DNA of 64,000 nt. It comes from Promethearchaeota archaeon. GTDB lineage: Archaea; Asgardarchaeota; Lokiarchaeia; Sigyniarchaeales; SOKP01. Location: NCBI GenBank assembly GCA_019058295.1, contig JAHPZI010000002.1, forward strand, positions 64,001 through 128,000. The letters are read 5' to 3'. A model generated the notes under the pieces. It did no database searches, had not been told where the DNA came from, and saw only the letters and a list, made by a program, of their open reading frames with translations. Of the stretch, positions 1-12,281 are shown piece after piece. Every line of letters begins with the position of its first letter. The first letter of the stretch is position 1. Made by a program: the position numbers and the translations under genes.

Positions 1-1
1 A

Positions 2-298
2 GAAACGATTAAAGTTCCCACCATGTTACGAATTCGTTGGGAAGACCCAAGTTCAATACCCATAAAAGCAACCTACAGCCATTTAGCGGCAGGAAGTGTC
101 CTTGATAGCAATGATAAACCTCTCAGTTGGATATTACATGAATACGAGCCTATTGATGATGGGACGCGATTGCGTACCACATTTCGATTACCCGCAAAGT
201 CTCCCCGATGGTTTTTAAAAGCTCTGCGTAAACATAATATTGAAGAGATAGGTGAATTTACAAATTTTTTACCATCGTTATACGAAGAGAATAAGTAA
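2..298 (+). CDS. DAPG hydrolase (PhlG)-like protein, 5'-truncated by window edge
   Basis: Frame open from base 2; C-terminal pattern LHEYEP..GTRLRT.F...HNIEEIG..FLP.LY resembles the PhlG family metal site. Confidence 0.55.
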   Translation, partial: ETIKVPTMLRIRWEDPSSIPIKATYSHLAAGSVLDSNDKPLSWILHEYEPIDDGTRLRTTFRLPAKSPRWFLKALRKHNIEEIGEFTNFLPSLYEENK

Positions 299-310
299 TT
301 TAAATTCTTT

Positions 311-1381
311 TTAATGTAGTTGTTTTCTTAATTCTTTTAGGATATTCTCAACTTTTTTATCTTTTATCCAATATCGAATTTTTTTAGATTTCAGTAAGGT
401 TTGAATTTTTTCGTTTAATTCATTTAATTTTCGACGATCCTCTTCCGATAATTGAGGTATTGCCTCTATTATTTTTTCTTTTACTTTTTCAATTTCTTTT
501 TCGATAATTGGAATACTAAACTGTTCTTTACCTTCAATAAGTCTCTTTCTCAAGATTTCTTTAATGTTTTTAACCCATCCTTTAATCCAGGGATAATTTC
601 CTTGCTTTTTTGGGTCCTCTATAACGATATTTTTTCTTTCGACCACAATTAAATCATCAGGGCATGAATTCTCGCAAGCACCGCAGTAAAAACATGCATC
701 TTCATTACATGCAATTTTTCCATATTTTATGACATCTTCGGCGCTTTCTGGAATAAAAAAAGATTCTGTGGGGCATAGATTAACACAAGCTTTACAACCT
801 TGCGGATCACACTTCCACAACATATTTTTTTTGATAATTACTTCTCCCTCTATAGGAGAATCAATATGAAAACATTGAGTGGGACACTCTTTTTCAATTC
901 TGAAATAATCTTTTACGCTGTTTCTATTTCGCACCTTTAAACATAATTCACAAATCTCGTTATTAAGATCTTCAACACATTTATCCTCATCGATTTTGTA
1001 AAATTTACCTATTGTAGGAAATTCATCAAGGTCAATTTGCCCTTCAGGTTCAAAATTTTCGTGAAATGCGTCGGTTGGGCAAACTATGGCGCACAACATG
1101 CAGTAGCAGCATTTTTCATGGTCAATTAAAAGTTTAGGATTAGATTCGTCTAAAATGTTTTGAGCTATTTCTGGAATTGGTCCAAGCTCAATAGCATCAA
1201 CAGGACATACAAGTTTACATAAACTACAACCTATGCATTTTTTAATATCGTACGTAAGTTCTTTTTTAATATCCTTATATTTCCAGTTGAGAAGGAATTG
1301 TTCTGGCCCAATTTCTAACCCTTTTTCAATTTTCTCTTCCGTTTCATCTTGAACATTATCTTCTTTAGACGCTTGAGTTAT
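311..1381 (-). CDS. Polyferredoxin (FwdF/MvhB-like), probably starting at ATA 1381
   Basis: Hand translation upstream of track ATG (1099) stays open to TAG at 1397-1399 and adds CIGCSLCKLVCP and CCYCMLCAIVCP; further motifs GCKACVNLCP, CFYCGACENSCP. Confidence 0.85.
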   Translation of the reverse strand: MTQASKEDNVQDETEEKIEKGLEIGPEQFLLNWKYKDIKKELTYDIKKCIGCSLCKLVCPVDAIELGPIPEIAQNILDESNPKLLIDHEKCCYCMLCAIVCPTDAFHENFEPEGQIDLDEFPTIGKFYKIDEDKCVEDLNNEICELCLKVRNRNSVKDYFRIEKECPTQCFHIDSPIEGEVIIKKNMLWKCDPQGCKACVNLCPTESFFIPESAEDVIKYGKIACNEDACFYCGACENSCPDDLIVVERKNIVIEDPKKQGNYPWIKGWVKNIKEILRKRLIEGKEQFSIPIIEKEIEKVKEKIIEAIPQLSEEDRRKLNELNEKIQTLLKSKKIRYWIKDKKVENILKELRKQLH

Positions 1382-1532
1382 TTTTAATCGACCACACTAA
1401 AAATTTTCCTTTTTCCTAAGTATTCTAAAGTGTTTCTTTTTATTAATTTTAATGACTAAAAATTAAAATAAAAAAAAAAATTGCTATTTAGAATTAATAA
1501 ATTGATCTCAAAAAAATCAAAAAAAAATTAAT

Positions 1533-2906
1533 TTATATTAGAGCTTGAAGTTTTGCAATTTTTTTTTCTACTTTTTTTCTACTGGATTTATTATCAGAAT
1601 AAATTGAAAATTCTTTTAGAATTTCAAGTGCTTTTTGATAATGTCGTATGGCATTGTAGTAATCACTCTTTTTCTCAGCTTTCTCACCAGCATTTTGGGT
1701 GTATTCAAGTTCCATTTCTTTATACTTTTTATCAAGTTCTAGAACCATGAATGAAATTCTGCCAATAATATTTTTAAAATTGAACCCGGTTGCCAGATAA
1801 AGCGCTTTTTCATATTCTTTTTGTGCCTCTGTATAGGCTAAAGTCTTTTCGGCAGTTTGAGCTTTCTTAATGAAATGGTCTATTAATTTTTTTGCCTCTT
1901 CATTGTCTATATGTTTAGCTTTTTCTTTTAATTCTTCTATCTCATTATCAGCAGCAATTATTGGGGAAATTAGTTTATTACTAGCTATTCTTATTGCATA
2001 TGTTTCTTCAAAGTATTCAACGTTGTTTTGAACTGTTTCAAGAGTAGTGGGAATTATTACATCTTTTTCTAAAAGCTGATAGATTTCATAAAGAATAACC
2101 TTCGGCTCAATCTTGAAAGTTTTTTTAACCTCATCAAGTAAATTATTGATAAAAAAGAATGGTTTTGAAGCTAGAAAATCTTTAGCAAAGTCTACAGCTG
2201 CTTTTTGAATATAATTCTTATTAATTGATTCCATTACATCCGGGGAAAAAGTATGTGTAAGAATCATTGGAAACACTAATTTGACATTGAATGTATCAAC
2301 CATAAAATCAATTGTATCATCAAAATCGAGAACTCCTGTTTTTAAATTCTCTATAATTTTATCTCGATAATTCCTTTCATAAACGTTCAAAAATGCATTA
2401 AGGAGATTTTTTAGGTCGTCAGAAGCAATTTCGTCCAATATCAAGCAGACTCTTATAAGTTCTCCATTTTTAAGTAAGACATTGAAGTTTTTGTAATTGA
2501 ATTCGTAGAATTGTTGGTCTGTTGCAAAATTTGTACTCTCTTCTGAAGCGTTGTCTGTTTCAGAAAAAATTATATTCGCTTGCATAAAACCGGTCAATAA
2601 ATCTATATCCATCCCTATCCTTGAAATTGGATAATTCACAATAGGTAACCCAGACTCTTTTGACAATATTAAAATATGCTTTAAGTTCAAAACATCTAAG
2701 AATTTTTGCCAGATTAAGTCACGTAACATTTCCATGCGTTTTTCTTCAGAATCCATCTCGAAAACTCTTATATTATCATTTATTTCGAGACCAAGTTCTC
2801 GAATCCGAATCATAACGCATTCCGTACAGTGATTTGGATATTTATCACATTCTTTTTTATCATATCCGCAATTAAATCCTATGCGACTAATCTGAAAATA
2901 AACCAA
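1533..2906 (-). CDS. Asgard-type protein: N-terminal Cys cluster, longin/roadblock-like domain, C-terminal TPR/MIT-like helices
   Basis: CGYDKKECDKYPNHCTEC; HILILSKESGLPI..DLLTGFMQA longin-like pattern; AQKEYEKAL and AIRHYQKAL helical repeats. Confidence 0.6.
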   Translation of the reverse strand: MVYFQISRIGFNCGYDKKECDKYPNHCTECVMIRIRELGLEINDNIRVFEMDSEEKRMEMLRDLIWQKFLDVLNLKHILILSKESGLPIVNYPISRIGMDIDLLTGFMQANIIFSETDNASEESTNFATDQQFYEFNYKNFNVLLKNGELIRVCLILDEIASDDLKNLLNAFLNVYERNYRDKIIENLKTGVLDFDDTIDFMVDTFNVKLVFPMILTHTFSPDVMESINKNYIQKAAVDFAKDFLASKPFFFINNLLDEVKKTFKIEPKVILYEIYQLLEKDVIIPTTLETVQNNVEYFEETYAIRIASNKLISPIIAADNEIEELKEKAKHIDNEEAKKLIDHFIKKAQTAEKTLAYTEAQKEYEKALYLATGFNFKNIIGRISFMVLELDKKYKEMELEYTQNAGEKAEKKSDYYNAIRHYQKALEILKEFSIYSDNKSSRKKVEKKIAKLQALI

Positions 2907-3294
2907 TTAAACCACAAATAAGTATTTAATGAATTGTCGAATTTTAAAAATATTTCAGTATATTCTCTTTTTTTATATATTCTTATTTTTTTACTATTTA
3001 AATAGTTAGTAAATTTTGAGTTTTTAAATTTTTAGAAACCATAAAATAAATTATTTTTCATGTTTTAGAAAGATAAAAAGACAAATCTCATTCTTTTTAG
3101 GATTTTTTTCACACTTATTTTTGTCTTAAAAGTAAATAGGATTAAATCTTGAAAGAATAAATTATATTAATACCAATTGCATAATAGATATTAATACCTA
3201 TATATAGGTTTTTTAAACAGAATTTAACTAAAAAATAAGATAATTTATTTTAATTAGTAATTAGTTAAAATAAAATTAAACAAGGGTTATAAGA

Positions 3295-6200
3295 ATGGAA
3301 TTAAAAAGATTCAAAAAACTTCATTTGATTCTTTTGTTGATCTTTCTATGTTCTATAATAACAATGGCATTTTTGTCAACAAATTCTAATGTTAACTCTG
3401 ATTGTGTAGATAAGACTTCAATTACAATTAACTCTGGAAATCAACCTAAGAGTTCACAAGAGCCTTTTGAAATGATTCAAGATTTTTCAGCGTCTACATA
3501 TTTTATATCTCCATACACATCACCCGGGGAGAATGACGAGGTTTATTTTTCTTTTATGGCAAATAAAAAGGGAAATTATACGATTAGAATTGATAATTAC
3601 CCCGCATTCATAACTGATTCAGAGATTGAAGAATATCATCCTTCATTTGATAATCCAAGTGGTACAGACTTATGGTATATGGGTTTTTATGAAGTAGACT
3701 CTTCATTAAATAATTTTGGTACGATTAATCTTAAATGGATGTTAAGTGAAGATAAAGGGAAAACGTGGGAGAATAACCTAATAAAGAATATTACAGCGCC
3801 CGCATCAGACAATCCCCTTTATTGGCGTTATTAGATATTAGGATCTGCATTTGCAGCTAATCCAGAAACAGGGGTTATGTTCTATATTACTTGGTTAAAT
3901 AGAACAGATCTTGTATGTATAAGATCTTTGGATAATGGTACAACATGGAGTGACCCAATAACAATTTTTAATTCAACGGTTATGGGAGCTAAAAATTCCT
4001 TGGATATTTATACAGCTCCACGAATGGACGTGGCAATACTAAAAAACGGCACGATATTGATAGTAAGTGAATGTGATGATGCACAATATACTGATTTGGT
4101 ATTTGTTCAAAGTGATAATAATGGAACCGAAGGGAGTTGGATTGCTCCTCAAAATGTAACTTGTGCGGTTGATGTATTTGGATTTAACCCAGAAGCAAAT
4201 GTTCCAAAAATTCAAGTAAATCGTAGTTCTGGCGTTTATTGGTTAATGTGGAATGCTTATAGACAAGGTGCAGGGACTTATAGAAATGATACAAAACGTT
4301 GGGCACAATTTCAACCAAATCAGAGTCCCTATACTAATGTTCAAACTAAAAACGTGACAGACAATGACTTGAGGGGAAGTTTTGATTTTTATTATGACCA
4401 TCATAATGAAAAAATTAGATTAATTAGGCTTTCAAGTCCTTATGGTATCCAAATAGAAAATTGGACATGTACAAACTTTAACGATAATGATTGGACAAGA
4501 ACAATACTGGGAGAATATAGTGATCTCGGAGCCATAGATTCCACATCAAGATATATTAATTACATATATTCTGACAATAAAAATAATATATTATATAGAG
4601 CACAATATCTCGGAAATACTGAGATTTTTCGTTATACTGTCCTTCCAGAAAGCATTTTTTTTATAAGGAAAGGATTATTTGATGCGGATCAACTAGTCCA
4701 AGTTCGTTGGAAGGGACGTAAATTTGACGGTTCTCCAATTGAGACTTCATTAGCTAAAGTTCTTTTTAGGGAAAATTACACCAATGAGGTTGGTGAAGTA
4801 GAACTTTTCATTATTATCGACAATTATAATCCTTCAATCAAAGAATTCCAACAAAACAGACAATATTTTAATCCTTTATCTTCCAACATAACTCTAACAG
4901 AAATACCATGGGAAATTCTTCCATCAGAGTCATGTGATGCATATTTGGAAGTTTTCAGTCAGGATATTGGGATAAGTGAATGGAATCAAATATTAGAAAA
5001 TAATTGGGATGACCGCCAACCTAAAATTTTCTATTCATATAGAGGGATATTATATGTCGCTTATAACAGCTTTGAATCTGGGAGGGACATCATTTATCTC
5101 ATCAAATCTTATGACAAGGGGATTACATGGTCAGATCCCATAAAAATTTATGAATCTACGCACCAAATTGCAGAAAGCGGTTTTCAATGTGCTGCCTGGG
5201 GCGATACTGTTTGCATACTTGTTCATAAAACCAATGAGGAACGCTTATTATTCCGAAGTTTTGATCAAGGTTCTACCTTTCAAGATCCCATAAACATATA
5301 TGACGCTAATTTGTTTGATGATGACGCTAAGCTCGTTTCTGATATGGTATTTACTAAAAATGGAACCATTTTTATAACATATCGAAATGATACTACTCAA
5401 TTCTATATTATACGCTCAGGCGATCTTGGAATTAATTGGACAGTGTCTAATATTTTTCCCGGAAACAATTCTTGGAGTACAGATTCAGGCGAACCTTTCT
5501 TAGCATATGATCCTGAAAATGATTTAGTCCATTTCGCAATGACCTTAGACAAGACACTGTCGCTTGAAAGTAGAATTGTAAATTTATCCATTGCAAGACT
5601 AAACGTTAGTATTAATCAATGGTCAACTCTTGAGAGCCTTAATTTGATAGAGGGAAGCTTTTTCACTCAGTTTTTTAACTTTATTATTACAAAAGATAAT
5701 AAAACCGCAACACCTAAGACAAAAATTACTTTTTTGGGGAACCTTACAATCCCAGATATAACCTTCACAATTAAAGAATTTGTCTCATATGATCTAGGAG
5801 ATAATTGGGGTAGTATGACGGTTTCAGATACTGATTTCTTTCAATCTGTGTGCACAAATTTAGCTGAAATTTTCTATATAAGAGCTGAAAGTGATGGGAA
5901 TGATGAGGAACTTTTCATTAAGAGAGAGGGAAGATTAGTTAAAACAGATTCATTTTCTCTTTCCACTTTTTTTTCATCAGAAATTACTTTTGATGGTATT
6001 GATGATTTTGAAGCTTACATAGATGAAGGAAATTATACATATGTAATAAGGCTAGAGGATTATGCAGGAAATAGTATGGAAGAAATCGGTTGGCTTTTTG
6101 CTGATTATAATGCTCCTCAAATAACAGATCTTTCGACGAGCCTAGGTGCTCCTCTTCCACTATATGACTTAACAATTATAGTCGACGTAACAGATGCTAT

Positions 6201-7884
6201 TAACTTTACAGTATATCTTCATTATAAGAGAGATGATGGTTCGTGGCAAAAGGTTCAAATGCATAATAATAGTGAGGATTCCTTTTCAGCTGTCATTCCG
6301 GGTGAGACAAATATTAATCGAATTGAATATTATGTAAGTGCTATTGATCTTGCAGGAAATGAATATATCTTGGATAACGACGGTAGTCATTATTCATATG
6401 GCATGCCAAATTTTGTTTGGTCAAGTGAAGGGCTGTTTAAGGAAGATAAAGATTACTCGTCTTCTAACTCCTATACATTTACTATAACAATATCGAGTGA
6501 CCTTGAATATGTCCAAGATGTTATATTTCGCTATTCTTATGATGAAGGAAATGATTGGGATGATTTAGAACTAGAACAGAGTAGTCCTGAATTTGAGGGT
6601 GAACTTGATGATATTCCAGGAGATTTACGAGAGCTTTACTATAAAATAATAATAATTGACATCTATGGAAACGAGTATGAATTAACAGATACACGAAAAA
6701 TCGAATTCTATCCAGAAGTACCGCGCCCTGAAGTTGATGTTTTTTGGACAAATATCTTAATAATAATTTCTGCAATTATAGGATTCTTGGTCGCGTTTGG
6801 ATATATCAGATTAAAGAACCTAAGTCATGAGAAGATATACCAAAAAATTTTAAGAAGAGAATTCATAAAAAAACCCAAAGAGCCAAAAGAAGAGCTTGAA
6901 GCTGAAGCTGAAATAATACCTTTAGAATCCACAAAGATTGCAACACCATTTACAATGACATATTTGGCTGTTTTATGCGGGACAGTGCTGTTATTTTCCT
7001 TAGGCATATTAGTTGCATATATCACGCCGGCGATGGGAATACTTATACTAGCAGGTAGTCTATTATTGGGTGTTTATGGGTATATGATTCTCATGAGTAG
7101 GGATATCACAATCAATGTCTACTTAGAACGAATTTATACTAAAAATATTATCCTTGAGTCCTTCCAAATGGCTTTCATGTTTTTCAATATCCTGATGATT
7201 TTAATAGTTGGATATTCAATGGATTGGTTTCGATATTATCTCGTAGAATCTACTTTCAATTTTGGTGATGTATCTATACCAAGATTATATCTTTCGGTAA
7301 TTGGTGTGTTTTTTACCTCATTAGTTCTGGTAATTATTACCACTTACGTTCAACTCAGGAAGATAGTTGTTAATATTCTTAAACAAAAATCTCAGGGAGC
7401 TTCTGAAAATATGTTATTATATTTAAAAGACCAAAATTCATCACGCATGATTACACATACGGGATATAAGACGATTGTATTTTTAGTAACTGTTCTTTTG
7501 GCTATTGTTACGACTACAAATCTATTAACGAATGAGACTGGGGTTTTATTAATAATAGTTCTTCTTCCTTTTGCGTTTTCTGGCTTGTTAGCTTTAATAA
7601 TTCATCGGCTTATTGAAAGAAAGAAGATAAAGAAAGAGAAAGAGCATATGGAAATGCTTTTTGTTGATTCTAAAAAGATATGTACTAAATGTGGTGAATC
7701 CGCATATCTATCCAATAAATTCTGTGGATCATGTGGAGCCCAGCTAATTTTCGAAGATATGATGGGGACTTATGTATCAAGATGTACTGAATGTAATGCC
7801 CTTCTCGATGAAAACGCAAAGCACTGTACCGAATGTGGAAAAGAAGTTCAACAAAAGAGTATTATAAAAAAAAATAATAAATAA
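3295..7884 (+). CDS. Large membrane-anchored Asp-box (BNR/sialidase-like) protein with Ig-like domains, several TM helices and C-terminal double zinc ribbon; interrupted by in-frame TAG at 3832-3834
   Basis: ORFs 3295-3834 and 3877-7884 share a frame; N-terminal hydrophobic signal; SxDxGxTW-type boxes on both sides of TAG (SEDKGKTW, SLDNGTTW, SYDKGITW, SFDQGSTF, SYDLGDNW); CTKCG..CGSCG..CTECN..CTECG tail. Confidence 0.75.
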
Positions 7885-7936
7885 TTTTTTTTCTATTTTA
7901 ATTACTTTTTATTTTTCAAATTTTTTCGCAACAGGT

Positions 7937-8446
7937 TTATGAATAATAGGAATAACTTTCCTTATCAAAACCGTTGACATATTCAATTGAAATTCCATCT
8001 GGACGATATTCTGGAGGATTATAAATTAAATTTAAATCTGGAAAATAAGCTCCGATTCCTTTTTTTGCTAGAATTATAGCAGGATGATTATTATTTGCGA
8101 AGATTTCTTCACTAATTTTTAGGGTGATAACACGGCATTGGTGCTCGTTCCATACACCTAAAGAATGAATATACTCATGCAATAGAATATGATAAGTATA
8201 GGCCCAAACTATTTCATAGGGTTGTTTTTCAAGAATAATTTTCAAAGGTGTTTTGTTCATAATAATATCGGTTCCTGGAGGAAAATGCATTCCACCAATA
8301 AATGCGCCTTGATACATTCCCATTTCTGCCAAACCCAAGTTTAAACCAGCCCTATGACGCCCTAGGATCTGCTTTACATCAGCTCGAACTTTTTCAAAAA
8401 TATCAGGCATTTCTTTCTTTAATTCTTTAAAATTTATATTATTCAC
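7937..8446 (-). CDS. Zincin-type metallopeptidase-like protein
   Basis: HEYIH (HExxH) motif; last gene of hsp20-cdc48-arsR run. Confidence 0.7.
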   Translation of the reverse strand: MNNINFKELKKEMPDIFEKVRADVKQILGRHRAGLNLGLAEMGMYQGAFIGGMHFPPGTDIIMNKTPLKIILEKQPYEIVWAYTYHILLHEYIHSLGVWNEHQCRVITLKISEEIFANNNHPAIILAKKGIGAYFPDLNLIYNPPEYRPDGISIEYVNGFDKESYSYYS

Positions 8447-8473
8447 CCAATTTTAGTTTTAGTTTTTACTAAA

Positions 8474-9298
8474 TTATAAATCAAAAAACCAATCATCTTC
8501 TTCTTCATGGAGAAAATCCATTATTTTTGATAAATCTTTAAGCAATGGTTCAATTGAAACTCGATTTCTCGCTCGTAAATCTATATCCATATCTGAAGAA
8601 AAGATGTCGTCTAATAGACGATCCAACAGACTAACAGATGTTTTTTTGAAATATTTTTCGGGATTGAAAAACAAAGTAAAAAAGATTTCTTCTCCCAAAT
8701 TTAGACTTTCCTTAATGAGTTTATCTTTTTTACGTCGTTCTTTAATTGATTTAAGAAGCTTTTCCTTATATTGCCTTTCCATTATATTTTTTAGCTCACC
8801 AAGAAAGCATTGTTTATTTTGTAGCAACATACTTCTCTCAATTTCTAAACTTCTTACATTATCTTCTATTTCTTTAATTCTTTCACCTAGGAATCTAATT
8901 TTTTTATTAGGTGATTTAATTCTTTGATAATCAGTAGAAAAATCAGTATCTTTGAGTTGAACTATATCGTTATCTCCCTTGATTTCTTCTGAACTATACT
9001 TAATATTGTAATAATGAGGATTTATATCTATTCTTATTGAAAGATTACTCTTAATACAATATTGTCCTCCTGGCTTTTCGGGATCTATTTCTTCAATTAT
9101 ATTATAACTAAGTAGAATTTTTAATTGACTATGAACTGCTTGTCTTGATATTCCTAATTCATTTGCTAATTCTGAAGTGGAGTGAGGAACTTTAGCTAAT
9201 TTTGATAAAATTAATCTTCTCGTTGGGTTTCCCAATATTTCCAATAAATTATCTAAACTGATAAAATTGCTATTTCCTTCACTTTCTTCTACTTCCAT
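8474..9298 (-). CDS. ArsR-family transcriptional regulator with coiled coil (archaeal heat-shock repressor-like)
   Basis: LGNPTRRLIL..SELANELGISRQAVHSQL wHTH; coiled coil; operonic with hsp20/cdc48. Confidence 0.85.
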   Translation of the reverse strand: MEVEESEGNSNFISLDNLLEILGNPTRRLILSKLAKVPHSTSELANELGISRQAVHSQLKILLSYNIIEEIDPEKPGGQYCIKSNLSIRIDINPHYYNIKYSSEEIKGDNDIVQLKDTDFSTDYQRIKSPNKKIRFLGERIKEIEDNVRSLEIERSMLLQNKQCFLGELKNIMERQYKEKLLKSIKERRKKDKLIKESLNLGEEIFFTLFFNPEKYFKKTSVSLLDRLLDDIFSSDMDIDLRARNRVSIEPLLKDLSKIMDFLHEEEDDWFFDL

Positions 9299-9349
9299 CT
9301 AAAAACTCACACTTTTGTTTAATTTTTTTATTTGTATTTAAAATTTTAA

Positions 9350-11572
9350 TCATCTATACATTTCTTCTGGTTCTTTTGCATATCTATCTTGAGCAATTTT
9401 GGCCCGGTCTGCAGATTTTAATACTTTTTCCATAGCATCATCGAATTCCTTTTTTGAAATTTTTACTTTCTTTACTGATTCTGAATCTTGTGAATTAATG
9501 GTAGGATCGGCTAGAGCTCTTCGAATAGTTAACAGAGTTGCTTCTTCGCATATTCCTTGTATATCTGCACCAGTATAATTTTCCATACTTTGTGCCATTT
9601 TATCAATATCAACATCTTTAGCTAAGGGTTTATTTTTAAGATGAATCTTAAATATTTCTTTGCGTGCTTTTTTATCAGGCATTGGTATTTCAATGTGCCT
9701 GCCGAATCTTCCTGAACGTAACATTGCTGGATCGAGCATATCAACCCTATTTGTTGCAGCAAGTAAAATAACATCTTTTAATCCTTCTAATCCATCCATT
9801 TCAGTTAGTAATTGTGATATAACTGATTCAGTTACGTGAGACCCAGCTGATCTTCCCCGTAATCCTGCTATAGCATCAATTTCGTCAAAGAAAACAATAC
9901 AAGGAGATGCTGACCTTGCTTTTCGAAAAGTTTCTCTTACCGCTTTTTCACTTTCGCCGACCCATTTGGATAAAAATTCGGGTCCCTTAACCGAAATAAA
10001 ATTCACTTCGCTCTCATGAGCTAACGCCTTCGCTAATAAAGTTTTCCCAGTTCCAGGAGGTCCATGAAGTAAAATCCCATTTGGAGGCCTTGAATGCAAA
10101 TGGCGATATAATTCAGGATATTTTAAAGGCCACTCGATCACTTCCTTTAATTGTACAATTACCTCTTCTAAACCCCCAATATCTTCCCAAGTTTCAGTAG
10201 GTTGTGTTATCAAGACTTCCCTTAATGCTGAAGGTTCAATACTATTTAACGCAGATTCAAAATGATTCATTTTAATTTGAAGATTGTTTAAAATTTCAGG
10301 GGGGATAGGTCTCTCTAAATCAATTTTTGGCAATATTTCTCTTATTGATAACATTGCCGCTTCTTTTGCCAATGCTTCAACATCTGCTCCAACAAATCCG
10401 TGAGTTTTTTCAGCCATTAATCGTAAATTAACATCATTATATAATGGCATTCCACGCGTGTGAATTAATAATATTTCATATCGTCCATCTGTGTCTGGGA
10501 CTCCAATTTCAATTTCACGGTCAAATCTTCCAGGTCTTCTAAGCGCAGGATCAATATCATTTACTCTATTAGTTGCTCCGATGACAATAATTTCACCTCT
10601 TCCTTCCAAACCATCTAACAAGGAAAGAAGTTGAGCAACAACCCTCCTTTCTACTTCACCAGTTACTTCGCCTCTTTTAGGAGCTATTGAATCTAATTCA
10701 TCAATAAAAATTATTGAAGGGGCGTTATCCTTTGCATCGTCGAAAATTTTGCGAAGATTTTCTTCACTTTGTCCGTAAAATTTGCTCATAATTTCAGGTC
10801 CACTAATCGTTATAAAATGGGCATCAGTCTCGTATGAGACTGCTCTTGCTAACAATGTTTTCCCTGTACCAGGGGGTCCATGAAGCAAAACGCCTTTGGG
10901 AGGATCAATCCCAATTCTTTTGTACAACTCGGGGTGTCTTATGGGTAATTCAATCATTTCACGGATTCTCTGAATTTCTTCTTCTAACCCTCCTATATCC
11001 TCGTAAGTAACTTTTGCTTTCTCTAACTCTATAAGCTCCATATGACTTTTTTCACTAAAAACAACTTTCGTGTCTAAATGAATTCGAACCGCATCAGCTT
11101 TTGGATAAAAATCTACAACTACAAGATCTACTCTACGAGCATAAGCGTAAAAACTTATAAGATCGTCTTTGGTAATTACACGATTCTCTAATTTTCTCGC
11201 CAATTGTTGAGGATTTCTTAATATTACAGCTTCTTTTAATCCCGCAAATGTTACTTTATTTGCTAAGGCAGCTTCTATTTTACGAATTTCCACGATGTCA
11301 TCTAAAGAAGCGCCTAAATTTCTTCTCAAGGATTGATCGATCCGAATTATGCCAGCTCCTTTATCTTCTGACCTTCCAGGGTATAATAAAGCAGCAGTTT
11401 TTTTATTAGTTGTAGGATGGGCTATTTCTACAACATCTCCTGTTTTTATGTTTAATTCTGCCGTTAAATCTGGATCAATTCTTACAATACCCCTTCCAGC
11501 ATCTTCCTTAAAAGCATCTTTTACTCTTAACTTATTCCCCTCTCTTTCATATCCACTTGTAAAACCACTCAT
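9350..11572 (-). CDS. cdc48: CDC48/VCP-family AAA+ ATPase
   Basis: Two GPPGTGKT Walker A, IDELD/FDEID Walker [10 protein letters not shown]-domain. Confidence 0.97.
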   Translation of the reverse strand: MSGFTSGYEREGNKLRVKDAFKEDAGRGIVRIDPDLTAELNIKTGDVVEIAHPTTNKKTAALLYPGRSEDKGAGIIRIDQSLRRNLGASLDDIVEIRKIEAALANKVTFAGLKEAVILRNPQQLARKLENRVITKDDLISFYAYARRVDLVVVDFYPKADAVRIHLDTKVVFSEKSHMELIELEKAKVTYEDIGGLEEEIQRIREMIELPIRHPELYKRIGIDPPKGVLLHGPPGTGKTLLARAVSYETDAHFITISGPEIMSKFYGQSEENLRKIFDDAKDNAPSIIFIDELDSIAPKRGEVTGEVERRVVAQLLSLLDGLEGRGEIIVIGATNRVNDIDPALRRPGRFDREIEIGVPDTDGRYEILLIHTRGMPLYNDVNLRLMAEKTHGFVGADVEALAKEAAMLSIREILPKIDLERPIPPEILNNLQIKMNHFESALNSIEPSALREVLITQPTETWEDIGGLEEVIVQLKEVIEWPLKYPELYRHLHSRPPNGILLHGPPGTGKTLLAKALAHESEVNFISVKGPEFLSKWVGESEKAVRETFRKARSASPCIVFFDEIDAIAGLRGRSAGSHVTESVISQLLTEMDGLEGLKDVILLAATNRVDMLDPAMLRSGRFGRHIEIPMPDKKARKEIFKIHLKNKPLAKDVDIDKMAQSMENYTGADIQGICEEATLLTIRRALADPTINSQDSESVKKVKISKKEFDDAMEKVLKSADRAKIAQDRYAKEPEEMYR

Positions 11573-11637
11573 CTTTTTCCCGGTATATTAATTTTTATTT
11601 TCTTTCAATTAATATAATACTATTTATTAATTAAGAT

Positions 11638-12264
11638 TTAATCTTGATTTGTATTCTTTCTAAACTTTAATGTCGCAATCCCGTTATTGACTTCTAAATT
11701 GTAATTCTCCATAGAAATATTAAAGGGTAAATAAATATGCTTAAGATAATGCTTTAGGTCATTTCGAGCAGAAAATGTTATTTTCCTCTCAAATTCGTTT
11801 GAACTTAAGTTAATATCGTCCTTATTTATACCTGGAACTTCAATAATAATCTCATAAGAATTGTCAAAATCGTTAATTTCTGTATATGGTTCTATAACGC
11901 GTGATTCGGTTGTATATATACCAGATTCTGGTTCTAAAGAAAGTTCGCTAGCGTCAATTTCTCCTATTTGCTTAGAATTGAATATATTGTTAAATCTTGA
12001 GTCTACTTCAATATTGTGTTTCTGTAAATATTCTCGAAGTTTTTTCTCATCTATATCACCCTCAATTTTGATTTCTGGCTCATCCATTCCTGATTCATAG
12101 CGATATGAAACTTTAAATCCTCTAGCATTTTTCTTATTAAAATCTAAATCATTATCCGACTCTGGAATAAAAAAGAAATCTGCATCAAAAAATTTTGAAT
12201 TGAACTTAAATAATTTTTTTATATCATCTAAAAATTTATCATAATCATCCGACACTTTCACCAC
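11638..12264 (-). CDS. hsp20: Hsp20/alpha-crystallin small heat-shock protein
   Basis: EPYTEI..IIIEVPGI..NNGIATL C-terminal crystallin domain. Confidence 0.85.
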   Translation of the reverse strand: MVKVSDDYDKFLDDIKKLFKFNSKFFDADFFFIPESDNDLDFNKKNARGFKVSYRYESGMDEPEIKIEGDIDEKKLREYLQKHNIEVDSRFNNIFNSKQIGEIDASELSLEPESGIYTTESRVIEPYTEINDFDNSYEIIIEVPGINKDDINLSSNEFERKITFSARNDLKHYLKHIYLPFNISMENYNLEVNNGIATLKFRKNTNQD

Positions 12265-12281
12265 CTTTATTTTTGAGACTC

